Shown piece after piece: positions 29,729 through 39,003 of a stretch of 51,660 bases of DNA; position 1 is the stretch's first letter; each line of letters opens with the position of its first letter. Below the pieces are notes generated by a model that saw only the letters and a program-made list of their open reading frames with translations, was not told the origin of the DNA and did not search any database. The DNA comes from a bacterium (GTDB taxonomy: Bacteria > Zhuqueibacterota > Zhuqueibacteria > Oceanimicrobiales > Oceanimicrobiaceae): NCBI GenBank assembly GCA_046757025.1, contig JBHHXN010000016.1, positions 1 to 51,660 on the forward strand, read 5' to 3'. The translations under genes and the position numbers were made by a program.

Positions 29729-31027
29729 TCAGGGCATGACTAATTTTCTTGTTTTTTCAAGGTCTTTTCTGGTCAATTTTACCTCTTTAATTTTGGCATG
29801 GCTTTCCAAAAAATCGAGCACTTTCATCTCCAGAAAATCGCTTTCAAATCGTTTCCGGGTGTTCGGATTTTTTAATGATTGCCGGATTTTATCTGCCGGC
29901 ACTCCCCGCTCCTCTGCCAATCGTGCAATGTAGAGATTTTTATCCTCTTCAGATAGAGTGAGATTTTCTTTCTCGACTAGTTTGTCTTTCACATATTCCC
30001 ATTTTAAATTCCAAACGGCGTCGGGGCGGTATCGCTGCCGTAACATCTCTTCGTCAAATTCCTCTCGCGCGTTTCGTTTCGCATTTTCCAGCAGCGCATC
30101 CAGGTAATTGTCGATAACGACCTCGGGAAGATCGAATGGGTTTTTTTTGAGAATCTCATCGATGAGCCTGTGTTTCAATTGACGACGGGCATCGTGTTGT
30201 GCCTGCTTTTCGAGCCGGTTTTTCAGATCATTTTTTAATTCTTCCAGCGTTTCAAATTCGCCGGCGTCTTTGGCCAGCTCATCATCTAATTCCGGCAGCT
30301 GTTTACTTTTGATCTCTTTTACAGAGACTTCGAAATGTTCTATTTTCTTTTCTTCGGGGTCGTCATTCTGTTGGCTGGCAATGGTAATTCTGCGGGTCTC
30401 TCCAGGTTTGATCCCGAGCAATTGCTGCGAGAGCTCCTGATTTACGCCGTTTTTGCCCAATTGAAAAAACTGATTTTCGAATTTTTTCCCGACGATGGGC
30501 AGACCCGCGGCATCCACCTCTTGTAAATCGGCCAGCAAATAATCCTCCTCCCGGGCGGCATCCTCTACCGGATTCATCACCGCCATTTGTTCGCGCACAT
30601 CCGCCAGAGCGGCCTCCACATCCAATTCGTCCACCTGGTAAATCTCTCGCTCAACTGCAAGCCCCTGATAATTTTGCAGTTCAATTTCAGGCATCACCTC
30701 CACGACGGCCTTAAAATGCAGTCCCTGTTCCGGTTGATAATCCACATCCTTGAGAGTAGCCGGTGCAACGAGATGAATATTTTCTTTTTCCGCGACTTCC
30801 CGGAAAACTTTTTGAACCACCTCATCGATGACTTCATTCTGGATGGCTTCCCTGTACAGCTTTTTAACTAACGCCATGGGTACTTTACCTTTGCGAAAGC
30901 CTTCCAAACGCAAACCTTTCTGATACTTTCGATAAGCGGCGTCAAAATACGGTATCAGCTCCGCCTCGGTTAACGAAACTTCAACAACTTTTTTATTATT
31001 TCCTTCTTGTGTTATTTTGGATTCCAA
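29729..31027 (-). CDS. tig: Trigger factor
   Basis: GFRKGKVP ribosome-binding motif; LPELDDELAK; start moved to TTG at 31027 because the track start lies inside tRNA-Leu. Confidence 0.93.
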   Translation of the reverse strand: MESKITQEGNNKKVVEVSLTEAELIPYFDAAYRKYQKGLRLEGFRKGKVPMALVKKLYREAIQNEVIDEVVQKVFREVAEKENIHLVAPATLKDVDYQPEQGLHFKAVVEVMPEIELQNYQGLAVEREIYQVDELDVEAALADVREQMAVMNPVEDAAREEDYLLADLQEVDAAGLPIVGKKFENQFFQLGKNGVNQELSQQLLGIKPGETRRITIASQQNDDPEEKKIEHFEVSVKEIKSKQLPELDDELAKDAGEFETLEELKNDLKNRLEKQAQHDARRQLKHRLIDEILKKNPFDLPEVVIDNYLDALLENAKRNAREEFDEEMLRQRYRPDAVWNLKWEYVKDKLVEKENLTLSEEDKNLYIARLAEERGVPADKIRQSLKNPNTRKRFESDFLEMKVLDFLESHAKIKEVKLTRKDLEKTRKLVMP

Positions 31028-31069
31028 ATTAAACCTTGATGAATGAAATAGTATGATTAAAAAATTAAG

Positions 31070-31152
31070 TGCGAGAGGAGGGACTCGAACCCACACGAGC
31101 AAAGCCCACTAGATCCTAAATCTAGCGCGTCTACCAGTTTCGCCACTCTCGC
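31070..31152 (-). tRNA. tRNA-Leu (anticodon TAG)
   Basis: GCGAGAG acceptor stem, TGGCGAAACTGGTAGACGC D arm, CTAGA-TTTAGGA-TCTAG anticodon arm, long variable arm, GGTTCGAGTCC; CCA not encoded. Confidence 0.96.
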
Positions 31153-31322
31153 ATCGGGCAAAAATATATTAATTTTTGACATCAATGTCAATATATTATT
31201 TGCTTTCAACAAACCTTTGAAAGTTCAGCAACTTAACGGTTTTTATCCAGCAAACAAAGCAATATTCTGAACGGTTAAATACACACGGGAAATGAGAAAA
31301 AACAGCTCTATTTGAAATCGAT

Positions 31323-33311
31323 TTATGACGCTTTCACTGAAAAATCGACGATAAACGTGGAGCCGTTGCCGGGTTGGCTTTCGACACTCAAATGGCCCTG
31401 GTGGCTTTGAACGATGCCGTAGCAAATACTCAGTCCAAGGCCGGTACCCTGCCCGACGTCCCGAGTCGTATAAAAAGGATCAAAAATTCGTTTTTGGTTT
31501 TCTTTCGGTATGCCGATGCCGTTGTCTATGATTTCGATGCGAACAATATCATTGCAATGGCGGGTGCGGACTTTAAGCTGTTTGTGGAGATTATCGGATG
31601 ATTTTAATGCAAAGAGGGCGTTGTGAAGTAAATTTAAAAACACCTGCTGCAATTGATTATAATCGCCTACGATTTCTGGCAGATGGCTGTCAAAATCCCG
31701 AATCAGTTCGATGGATTCAACCTTAAACTGATAGCGCTGGATATCTAAAATATTGTTAAGCACCTCGTTCACGTTCAAATGCTGTCTTTCCGACGTTTGT
31801 TTTTTGGCGAATGTTAAGAGGTTTTTAACAATTTTTTGACAGCGGGTGGCTTCTTTGTAAATCACCTGGATGTCGTCGCTGACCGGCGTAGAAAGCTCCC
31901 CTTCCAGCAGCAGCTGGGAAAACCCCATAATTCCGGCTAACGGATTGTTCAATTCGTGTGCCACGCCGGCAATCATCTGACCGAGTGCGGATAATTTTTC
32001 TGACTGTATTAGTTGTTGCTGCAGCTGCTTTATTTGTGAAATATCTTTTATCACCAGCAAATATTCATCCCGGCCTTTGAGGGGCGATTGAGAAACGATA
32101 CAGGGCATGTTTGAACCATCAACTCTGTGCAACTCCATTTCATAACTGGATGACTCAGCCATTTCTGGTGGTTGCAATTTCTTTTGAAACAGTTTTTTAC
32201 TTTCCGCCGGTAAATAGTTAAAAAAATTATGACCAGGATGCGTGGAATTCGATAAATGGTAAAAATCTGCAAAACGCTGATTATAAAAATTGAGTGATCC
32301 ATCCTCCTTGATGGTCACGATCAGGTCCAGAGAGCTGTTCAAAACGTTTTCCAAACTATCTTTGGCTTTATTCAGCTCATAATAGAGTTTAGCGTTTTCA
32401 ATGGCCACCCCGAGCTGATTGGAAATGGCATTCATCAGCTCAACAAAACGGTGGGGGAAGGCGTCCCGGTTTTCGCTGGCCACTAAAAGCGCACCGAAAT
32501 AATTTTTCTCATGCATCAAGGGATTGTATAAAATAACCGGCTGCACAGAACCGTTGTTGGCACTGAATACATTTGTTAGTTTCTCGCTGATGTCGTTTAG
32601 CATCAAAGGAGATTCCCGCAATTTGAATTGTTGCAGCATATTGTTCTTCTGCCGACCATTGCATGCAAAAAAATGAGAATATTTTAAGGCTCCTTTCTCC
32701 GCTTTCAAGTGAAATTTCTCCGACGAATGATCATACATAAAAATGGCACAATAATCCAATTCCATTAACTGGTTAATTTTCGTCACCGCGCCACGCAGGA
32801 TCTTATCAAGATCCAGTGATTGATTGACCTCTTCTGCAATGGCATTCAGGACTTGCAGCTCACTGTTTCGAACGAGAATCTCCCTCTCCATGCGCCTTTT
32901 TTCCTGAACAACCTGAAATTTTTCCGAAACGGTTTTCACCACACTGGGGAGTATTTCCGGATATTCTTTGGTTTTCATCACATAATCAAACGCACCGGCT
33001 TTCATGGCTTCCACGGCCAGTTTTTCATGCCCATGCCCGGTCACCACTACAATTGGCGTGTCAATTTTTTCCTCGGTTTTCAATCGATTTAGGATGGTCA
33101 AACCATTTTCTGCTGGCAAATGATAATCCAGAAGAATGATATCAAATGATTGTTTTTGCAGGGCTTGGCAACATTCTGGATAAGACGGCACCACTTGCAC
33201 GGAATAATTGGCGACATTCTCTAAACATTTTTTTGACAGTGCGGCATGATCGGGGTTATCCTCGATCATCAAAATGTGAAAGGATTGAGATTTCATTTTC
33301 TTACAACGCAT
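31323..33311 (-). CDS. Cytoplasmic hybrid sensor histidine kinase (REC-GAF-PAS-HisKA-HATPase)
   Basis: N-terminal IEDN...LLDYHLP receiver; GAF ending AIENAKLY; PAS; H-box GVAHELNNPL; DNGIGI, FDPFYTT, GTGLGLS; no TM segment; start may be 33296. Confidence 0.92.
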   Translation of the reverse strand: MRCKKMKSQSFHILMIEDNPDHAALSKKCLENVANYSVQVVPSYPECCQALQKQSFDIILLDYHLPAENGLTILNRLKTEEKIDTPIVVVTGHGHEKLAVEAMKAGAFDYVMKTKEYPEILPSVVKTVSEKFQVVQEKRRMEREILVRNSELQVLNAIAEEVNQSLDLDKILRGAVTKINQLMELDYCAIFMYDHSSEKFHLKAEKGALKYSHFFACNGRQKNNMLQQFKLRESPLMLNDISEKLTNVFSANNGSVQPVILYNPLMHEKNYFGALLVASENRDAFPHRFVELMNAISNQLGVAIENAKLYYELNKAKDSLENVLNSSLDLIVTIKEDGSLNFYNQRFADFYHLSNSTHPGHNFFNYLPAESKKLFQKKLQPPEMAESSSYEMELHRVDGSNMPCIVSQSPLKGRDEYLLVIKDISQIKQLQQQLIQSEKLSALGQMIAGVAHELNNPLAGIMGFSQLLLEGELSTPVSDDIQVIYKEATRCQKIVKNLLTFAKKQTSERQHLNVNEVLNNILDIQRYQFKVESIELIRDFDSHLPEIVGDYNQLQQVFLNLLHNALFALKSSDNLHKQLKVRTRHCNDIVRIEIIDNGIGIPKENQKRIFDPFYTTRDVGQGTGLGLSICYGIVQSHQGHLSVESQPGNGSTFIVDFSVKAS

Positions 33312-33670
33312 TTTTACAAATTAATTTGAATTTCGCACGGGAAATTTTTCAGCACGAATGTGCTATATTGAAAAAGGTGATGCAATCAGATTGAAATGTA
33401 AGGTTTAGACGGTCTTCAATTCTGGCGTTCTAAAATAATATATCGGGAATTAATTAATAAGCAAGGTCTTTCCGGCATTTGACGATAATTTAATTTCACG
33501 ACTGAAATACCTTACCACAAAAACTCTACAGCCATTGTTAAGTCGTAATTGAATCAATTACACCAGCAATAAAATCCCTACTCCAAATAGCTTGAACTTT
33601 CAACCGTCAAACGACGGGATTGAGCGGTTCAGGAAAGTAATCTGAATTGGCAAATAACCAATCCCGGTTA

Positions 33671-33710
33671 AAAAATAAAAGCCCCAGACTAACATCGGGT
33701 CTGGAGCTTT
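33671..33710 (-). terminator. Intrinsic terminator
   Basis: Minus strand gctccagac-loop-gtctggggc followed by ttttattttt. Confidence 0.7.
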
Positions 33711-33736
33711 CAAATTGAGGTCAGGGTCGAATTCGG

Positions 33737-34297
33737 CTAAAAATGAAATTCTCTTTTATTGTTTAAATACCGAATCGTTATCGGCTGCTCGATATCGAAC
33801 CATTCGGGCAGCAAAACCAGACCTTGATGAATGTCCCCATCGTGGATGGCGCCGCCGAATTTACCATTTTTAAACAAAGTAAAAATCGTTGGCTTTTCAG
33901 AGTCCGTCGGTTGCCAACTCTTCCCACCCTGCTCAAATCTGAGCAAGGCCGGATTCAAATTGGCGGTTTGAAATGGCAAGGATGAGATGGAGAAAATCAA
34001 AGGAATCTGACGGGACAGGCCAGCTTGTTGGAAGGCTTTCGTGAAGGCCCCGTTATACGCAACCAGCACGATCATCGCAACGGCACCGGAGCCATCATTT
34101 TGTACGAACAGAGAATTTATATGAGGCGAGTTATGTGAATTCAAATCAGCCAGATTTGACGAAATCCCTTTTTGCAGAATTTGACTGAGTCTGTTAATAT
34201 TAACCGGGACTTTCCCATAACTCCCTTTATGAGAAAGTCCCAGCATCAGAAGAGTCAAAATCATCCCTATTCCAATATGACTCAACTGTTTTTTCAT
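33737..34297 (-). CDS. Hypothetical exported protein
   Basis: 186 aa, N-terminal signal peptide, GGAGG RBS, own promoter and terminator. Confidence 0.7.
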   Translation of the reverse strand: MKKQLSHIGIGMILTLLMLGLSHKGSYGKVPVNINRLSQILQKGISSNLADLNSHNSPHINSLFVQNDGSGAVAMIVLVAYNGAFTKAFQQAGLSRQIPLIFSISSLPFQTANLNPALLRFEQGGKSWQPTDSEKPTIFTLFKNGKFGGAIHDGDIHQGLVLLPEWFDIEQPITIRYLNNKREFHF

Positions 34298-34338
34298 AAC
34301 TCATACCTCCTTGTATTCCAAAAGTTAATATGGACATT

Positions 34339-34355
34339 TGCAAGTACCATGCCAA
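34339..34355 (-). promoter_or_regulatory. Sigma54 promoter
   Basis: Minus strand TTGGCATGGTACTTGCA, near-consensus -24/-12, about 40 bp upstream of the ATG. Confidence 0.8.
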
Positions 34356-34599
34356 ATATGTAAAAACAACGCAAGTCTTTGTTTTTAAATAACATTTTCA
34401 AATTGATTGTTTAATAATTTGCTGTCGATATATGTTTGACTTATGAACAATGTTCAATGATGAGACACCTATGTTTTAATAATTTTAAGCGTTTATAATA
34501 GGTAGTGTAGAGTAATCATCCAAATCTCTCAAAAAAAATCACTTTTTTTATTTTTTTTGAGAGGAAATGTTGAAATTTGTTGTCTATATATAGTAAGCG

Positions 34600-34717
34600 C
34601 AATAATTGATCTTTTGTGTGGAGGTGAGAAATCCGGTATTCTTCCCAGGATGTGAAGCCCGGCCGGATTTTGGGTAGCCGTTCAATGTTCGGGAGACGCA
34701 TTGAACGGCTTTTTTTT
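34600..34717 (+). ncRNA. Candidate small RNA ending in an orphan terminator (boundaries approximate)
   Basis: Stem aaatccgg/ccggattt around a 15-mer shared with 40185-40199; terminator agccgttcaatg/cattgaacggct + T-run (34676-34717) with no + strand gene upstream. Confidence 0.42.
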
Positions 34718-35149
34718 GAGGGGGATGAACTCGTATTCAAAATTCTTGATTCAATCAACAAATAGTCACACGCCAAACTCACTTCACATCCTTTAATGCC
34801 ATTTTGGAACATGTATTGTGCCTGCTACATCTCATAGAGCCCGCAGGAGCTTTCTTACAGAAAACGGTATTTCCTCAGTCTGCTACTCCCTATAATATCA
34901 ATATGTTAAATCAAGTACAAAAATAGTTGACAGACTTTTCATTTTGGGAACAGAAATTGCATGAGGTCTTTTTTAAGAATGATCTGGTTTAAAAATCAAG
35001 CCTTAGCAACACTGGATTAATCAGATAATTATTTAGTTTGAACATTTTGTATTTTCACCATTTAAATAATAAAGTATCCAGAATGTGCATAAATAAATAC
35101 GAAAATCAGCTCTTTTTTAAAAAATCAAGCTATTTAGCTATGGAATTTG

Positions 35150-35178
35150 TTGACTCTGGTTTTTTTTTATTGTATATT
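35150..35178 (+). promoter_or_regulatory. Sigma70-type promoter
   Basis: TTGACT-17 nt-TATATT upstream of the ATG at 35237. Confidence 0.55.
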
Positions 35179-35236
35179 AATTCATTGATTCTTAAAAAAT
35201 TGTCCTAAATTGGCACCTCTAATAAATTTTCCTTCA

Positions 35237-36166
35237 ATGAAAAAACTGCTCGTTTTACTATTAATAGCTTTCGGAAACACCTTTGCTCTTCAACCAAACT
35301 ATTCTTCTAAATTTAACGATTATCAAATAGCCAGCGCCGTTAGAAAAGCCGTTCGCGAAGCGGATTCCACTTTGCTGCAGGTAAAATCACTGGGGCATTG
35401 GCGCGATTATTTAAAAATTGCCGCCATGGAATTGAAACTACATCTTCAACCCCTGGTATTGATCAAGTTCGATGAAGATATCAGTTTTCGAAACCAGTTG
35501 AAAACAATTATCGAATGGGAAAACAGATGGCAGAAAAAAGAAACCAATCATTTTATCTACTACTATCGTTGGGATCAACCGCCACCGGATATCCTCATGC
35601 AAGTGCAGGATGCCCATTTCAACGAAATTGCTAGTCACTTTAAAATCGACGCCTTCGAGAAAATCCCCTATCGCTATGATTTGGCAATTGAAGAAAGTAA
35701 AATTTTTCCTTATGAAGATCTTCGGGGCGGCATCGTTTCCTCGCAGCCGCTCGACTTGCACATCGGTGCGCTGGCTGCCTTTTATTTTGTGAGCTCGGAG
35801 CCTGCCTTCATATTGAAACCGTTATCTAAAATTTATGGAAACTACTATCAAAACCCGGCCACCTCAAGAGCATATTATGAAAAAAGTTTAAATGAAATTT
35901 CCAAGAAGGGATACATCTCGTCTGAGTACCTTGTAAGCATAAAAAGGTTTGCCAATACATCCAATCAAGAGTGGTATTCTGCTTTTGCTTTCGTCTATGA
36001 AATGAACCAAAGTTTTACCGCACCGAAAATCATGAAATTCATTTCCCAAATAACTTCAGAAATCACTTCCGATGAATTCCAGAAATTGTTCAGGCAAACC
36101 TTCGATATCAGTCTCCCAGAATTTGAAAACCCGTTTCGTACCAGAAAAACCGCCAAAAAACTGTAA
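35237..36166 (+). CDS. Hypothetical exported protein
   Basis: MKKLLVLLLIAFGNTFA signal peptide; long open frame; family not recognised. Confidence 0.7.
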   Translation: MKKLLVLLLIAFGNTFALQPNYSSKFNDYQIASAVRKAVREADSTLLQVKSLGHWRDYLKIAAMELKLHLQPLVLIKFDEDISFRNQLKTIIEWENRWQKKETNHFIYYYRWDQPPPDILMQVQDAHFNEIASHFKIDAFEKIPYRYDLAIEESKIFPYEDLRGGIVSSQPLDLHIGALAAFYFVSSEPAFILKPLSKIYGNYYQNPATSRAYYEKSLNEISKKGYISSEYLVSIKRFANTSNQEWYSAFAFVYEMNQSFTAPKIMKFISQITSEITSDEFQKLFRQTFDISLPEFENPFRTRKTAKKL

Positions 36167-36277
36167 GCTCGCTTGAGTCCAAATATAACAATCGCTATCT
36201 AATGAAAATCTCAATCCCGCGCAATAAACCCAAGACACAAGGTGAATGGTTTTGTTTAATTTAGGAAAGGATTTTTA

Positions 36278-37060
36278 ATGAAAAGACGAACATTCATAAA
36301 GACCGCAGTTGGATTGAGCTCGAGTCTGATCTTGCCGCATAAATTAGGGTGGGCTTACAAATCCCTTCCCACAAACGATACCAGCTACCTGCCTGGCAAA
36401 CAGATAGCAAAGGAAGCCTTCGTCACAGATAAGAATTTTAAAAAACACCTTCTAATCGAAATTTGTAAAACCATCTCCGAAAAAAGTGTAAATCTGCTTT
36501 ATATTTTTGGCGGTGGCTCGTACAAACGAAAAGATCGACTTGGCGGCATCTGGTGCCCGGACTCGTTTGAAGATTTGCACATCATTCGATTTTTACACCA
36601 AAAATACCCAGCGGCTCAGGTACAAATCATCCCAGTGGCCTGCCCGCCAGTTTATGCAAGTCAATTGTACGGATTCGAGAAAGGGGTTTTCTTGAACGAG
36701 CCGGAAAACTCAAACACGTATCAAGAGAGCGTCAAAGATTTTATTGAAAGCACAGAAAAAATCATTCAAAATAAATATTTACCTGTAGATACGTACTACG
36801 ATCACCGCTTCCGTCTTTTGTTCAATGGAAGAGAGGACCTCAAGCCCGCAAACGCTTACGGAACCATTTATGAGTGGCAGGGAAGTTTTAAATCGGTAAC
36901 AGAAGATCAGAAATATGGTACCCCCACTGCCTGGCTTTTAAACTCAAAAGGCGTGGTTTTGGAACCGCCATTTTGGGGCAATTTGTACCACAGCCGTCCT
37001 TATACTATACGATATACTATTTCTGATATCGACACGGCCATACAAGCGCATCTTAAATAA
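36278..37060 (+). CDS. Tat-exported protein, possibly thioredoxin-like fold
   Basis: MKRRTFIK twin-arginine signal; GGIWCPDS (WCxxS) and later YGTPTAWLLNSKG resembling the cis-Pro strand of redoxins. Confidence 0.6.
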   Translation: MKRRTFIKTAVGLSSSLILPHKLGWAYKSLPTNDTSYLPGKQIAKEAFVTDKNFKKHLLIEICKTISEKSVNLLYIFGGGSYKRKDRLGGIWCPDSFEDLHIIRFLHQKYPAAQVQIIPVACPPVYASQLYGFEKGVFLNEPENSNTYQESVKDFIESTEKIIQNKYLPVDTYYDHRFRLLFNGREDLKPANAYGTIYEWQGSFKSVTEDQKYGTPTAWLLNSKGVVLEPPFWGNLYHSRPYTIRYTISDIDTAIQAHLK

Positions 37061-37092
37061 AAAAGCCGCTCATTTGAAAAAGCGGCTTTTTA
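37059..37092. terminator. Bidirectional intrinsic terminator
   Basis: aaaaaagccgct...agcggcttttt between convergent genes. Confidence 0.85.
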
Positions 37093-37117
37093 ATTGAAAA
37101 TGACGATCGAACCCGTT

Positions 37118-38143
37118 TCAAAGCAGCTTGATATTATTATTTTTAAAGATTTTACTTTTTTGCTCCAATTTCTCTATAAATTTGTCATCCACTTTGGCCG
37201 TCACCTTTACCACCGCCCCTTTTGATTTTATTTTGATATCGTTCAACATATCTATCGCTTCGATGTCATCAGAAACCAACAATTTTGCCATGGCTTTGAA
37301 GCCGGTCAGCATTTCCGCAAACAATTCGGCTTCTTCTTCCTTGGTAAAATTTCCTTTCAAATACAAATCCGCCTTCTGTTCAATATTTGCATAAAATATA
37401 AATGACTTCATGTTTTTAAGCGATTCGGTTCCTTTAAAACCGGAACCTCTTCGGCGAAATTCCTCGGCCCAATCGTCTGCGATTTCTTCCAGATTTAACA
37501 CCGACCACATCTGGTCTTTTCTGGGTACCTCCTGAATATATCGCGCCATAACCGGGTTGTTCATAATGTTGGTCCCATCCGATTCAGAATTTTCCAGTAC
37601 GGCTTTAACCCAGGGCAGACCGCCCACGAGAATGGTTTTCGAATTCAAAAACGTGAAGGAAACTATCTCATCATTCTTTTCTGCTAGATAAATTTTATGA
37701 TCCTGGAAGGACTCTTCCCGATATCGATGTGCGTGTTCTTCCTTAAAATACTCGACAATTCTGTTTTTATCGAATTTACCGATCACGATGGCTCCGCCAT
37801 TTGCATGATCATCCAGACCGTCCGGCAGGCCCGCTGCCCACAGTTCATCCACATCCCTTTTGATGTCCAGGCCGGTTTTCTCAACAAAATCGAGATACTC
37901 TTCATCTTCATCTCGTATTCTGTTTTCAATCTCGGAGCGCAATTTTTCACCAAAAGAGGTTTGCTTTAAGGTTTTAAAATTGGCATAGAACACAAAATTG
38001 GTTTCTTCAGGCAGCCAATTAAGGTAGTTAGAAACGGGTGTTTCAGGAGATTTGGGGGCCGGCTCACCGGTGCAGGAGCTCACAGCCAAAAAACAGAAAA
38101 AACCTAAAACGATAAAAACATATCTAAATCGAGTAGAATTCAT
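37118..38143 (-). CDS. Hypothetical lipoprotein in the ABC transporter operon
   Basis: MNSTRFRYVFIVLGFFCFLAVSSC lipobox; GGAGG RBS before the ATG at 38143. Confidence 0.72.
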   Translation of the reverse strand: MNSTRFRYVFIVLGFFCFLAVSSCTGEPAPKSPETPVSNYLNWLPEETNFVFYANFKTLKQTSFGEKLRSEIENRIRDEDEEYLDFVEKTGLDIKRDVDELWAAGLPDGLDDHANGGAIVIGKFDKNRIVEYFKEEHAHRYREESFQDHKIYLAEKNDEIVSFTFLNSKTILVGGLPWVKAVLENSESDGTNIMNNPVMARYIQEVPRKDQMWSVLNLEEIADDWAEEFRRRGSGFKGTESLKNMKSFIFYANIEQKADLYLKGNFTKEEEAELFAEMLTGFKAMAKLLVSDDIEAIDMLNDIKIKSKGAVVKVTAKVDDKFIEKLEQKSKIFKNNNIKLL

Positions 38144-38160
38144 AATGTACCTCCGGAAAT

Positions 38161-39003
38161 TTAAAAATCCTTTTTTGAAAAAATAAAAATCGTAGTAAAC
38201 AACAACGCGGCGCCCACGATACTGGACGACCACAATGCTGAAAAACTTTCAACGCACCTACCCATGACCAGCGCTTGATTTATTTCACCTAATTCAAAGG
38301 TTTTTGGTAAAGTGTGGTACAGTCCTTCTAAAAAATAGTAATAAATTTTGCTGGAAAGAAACGCATATATTTTATCTTTCTCTACAAGGAGTGGACTAAA
38401 AAACAACACAGAATACGCCACCATGATGGACACGCCCGGACTTCTGGTGGTAACGCCAACCAAAGCCAACAACGCGTAAACAATGGCAAACGCGGCGATA
38501 ACCATGGGTATGGAATAAAGGTATGGCCAATGCCAAAAGCCCGTCTTTAATGACAGGATTAACCAAGTGCCGGCAATCAAATACGACACATTAAAAATCA
38601 TGATGGAAAGGGCTCCGAGAAATCGCCCGGTTAACAACATTGTCCTGGAAAGGGGTTTTGAAATCAGCAGCTCAATATAACCTCTTTCGAGCATGGTGGG
38701 AATTAAATTGGCAGTGGCAAAAATCGAAAGAAAAATTCCACCGGTAAAAACCACCGTCGATATAACCGATTCCACGCCGATGATCATTTTCCGAATATCG
38801 ATTTCCTGACTGGGATTCACATCCTGACCCAATATCTTCACCATAGCCATGGCGCCATCCACCACATCCACATTGAGTGCAAAAATGAAAAACAGATGCA
38901 GCAGGCTGGAAAGAATAAAAAAGGCGATGAAAGTTTTTTTAGCAAACGATTCTCGAAATGTTAAGACGATAACAGCCCAAAATTTATGCAGGGTTTTCAT
39001 CAT
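38161..39003 (-). CDS. ABC-2 type transporter permease
   Basis: About six TM segments; ERGYIELLISKPLSR...GRFLG motif; overlaps the ATPase stop. Confidence 0.85.
   Translation of the reverse strand: MMKTLHKFWAVIVLTFRESFAKKTFIAFFILSSLLHLFFIFALNVDVVDGAMAMVKILGQDVNPSQEIDIRKMIIGVESVISTVVFTGGIFLSIFATANLIPTMLERGYIELLISKPLSRTMLLTGRFLGALSIMIFNVSYLIAGTWLILSLKTGFWHWPYLYSIPMVIAAFAIVYALLALVGVTTRSPGVSIMVAYSVLFFSPLLVEKDKIYAFLSSKIYYYFLEGLYHTLPKTFELGEINQALVMGRCVESFSALWSSSIVGAALLFTTIFIFSKKDF

Noticed and set aside
31028..31102. N-terminal extension of trigger factor in the ORF track
   Set aside because: Overlaps tRNA-Leu; artefact of taking the longest ORF
31070..31152. tRNA-Leu as an integration site of an island
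   Set aside because: 3' side leads straight into tig; no integrase or duplicated tRNA 3' end found
34640..34670. SAM-I riboswitch, because TGTGAAGCCCGGC resembles its P2/P3 junction
   Set aside because: No upstream ATC-AGAG/GAGGGA or downstream GCAACC/GTGC elements, and no methionine gene downstream
34630..34670. tRNA-Sec-like anticodon arm on the minus strand (ccgggcttcacatcctgg)
   Set aside because: No acceptor stem, D arm or TTCG T-arm
34516..34812. 98-aa minus-strand ORF
   Set aside because: Runs through a terminator hairpin and low-complexity tracts; no RBS or family features
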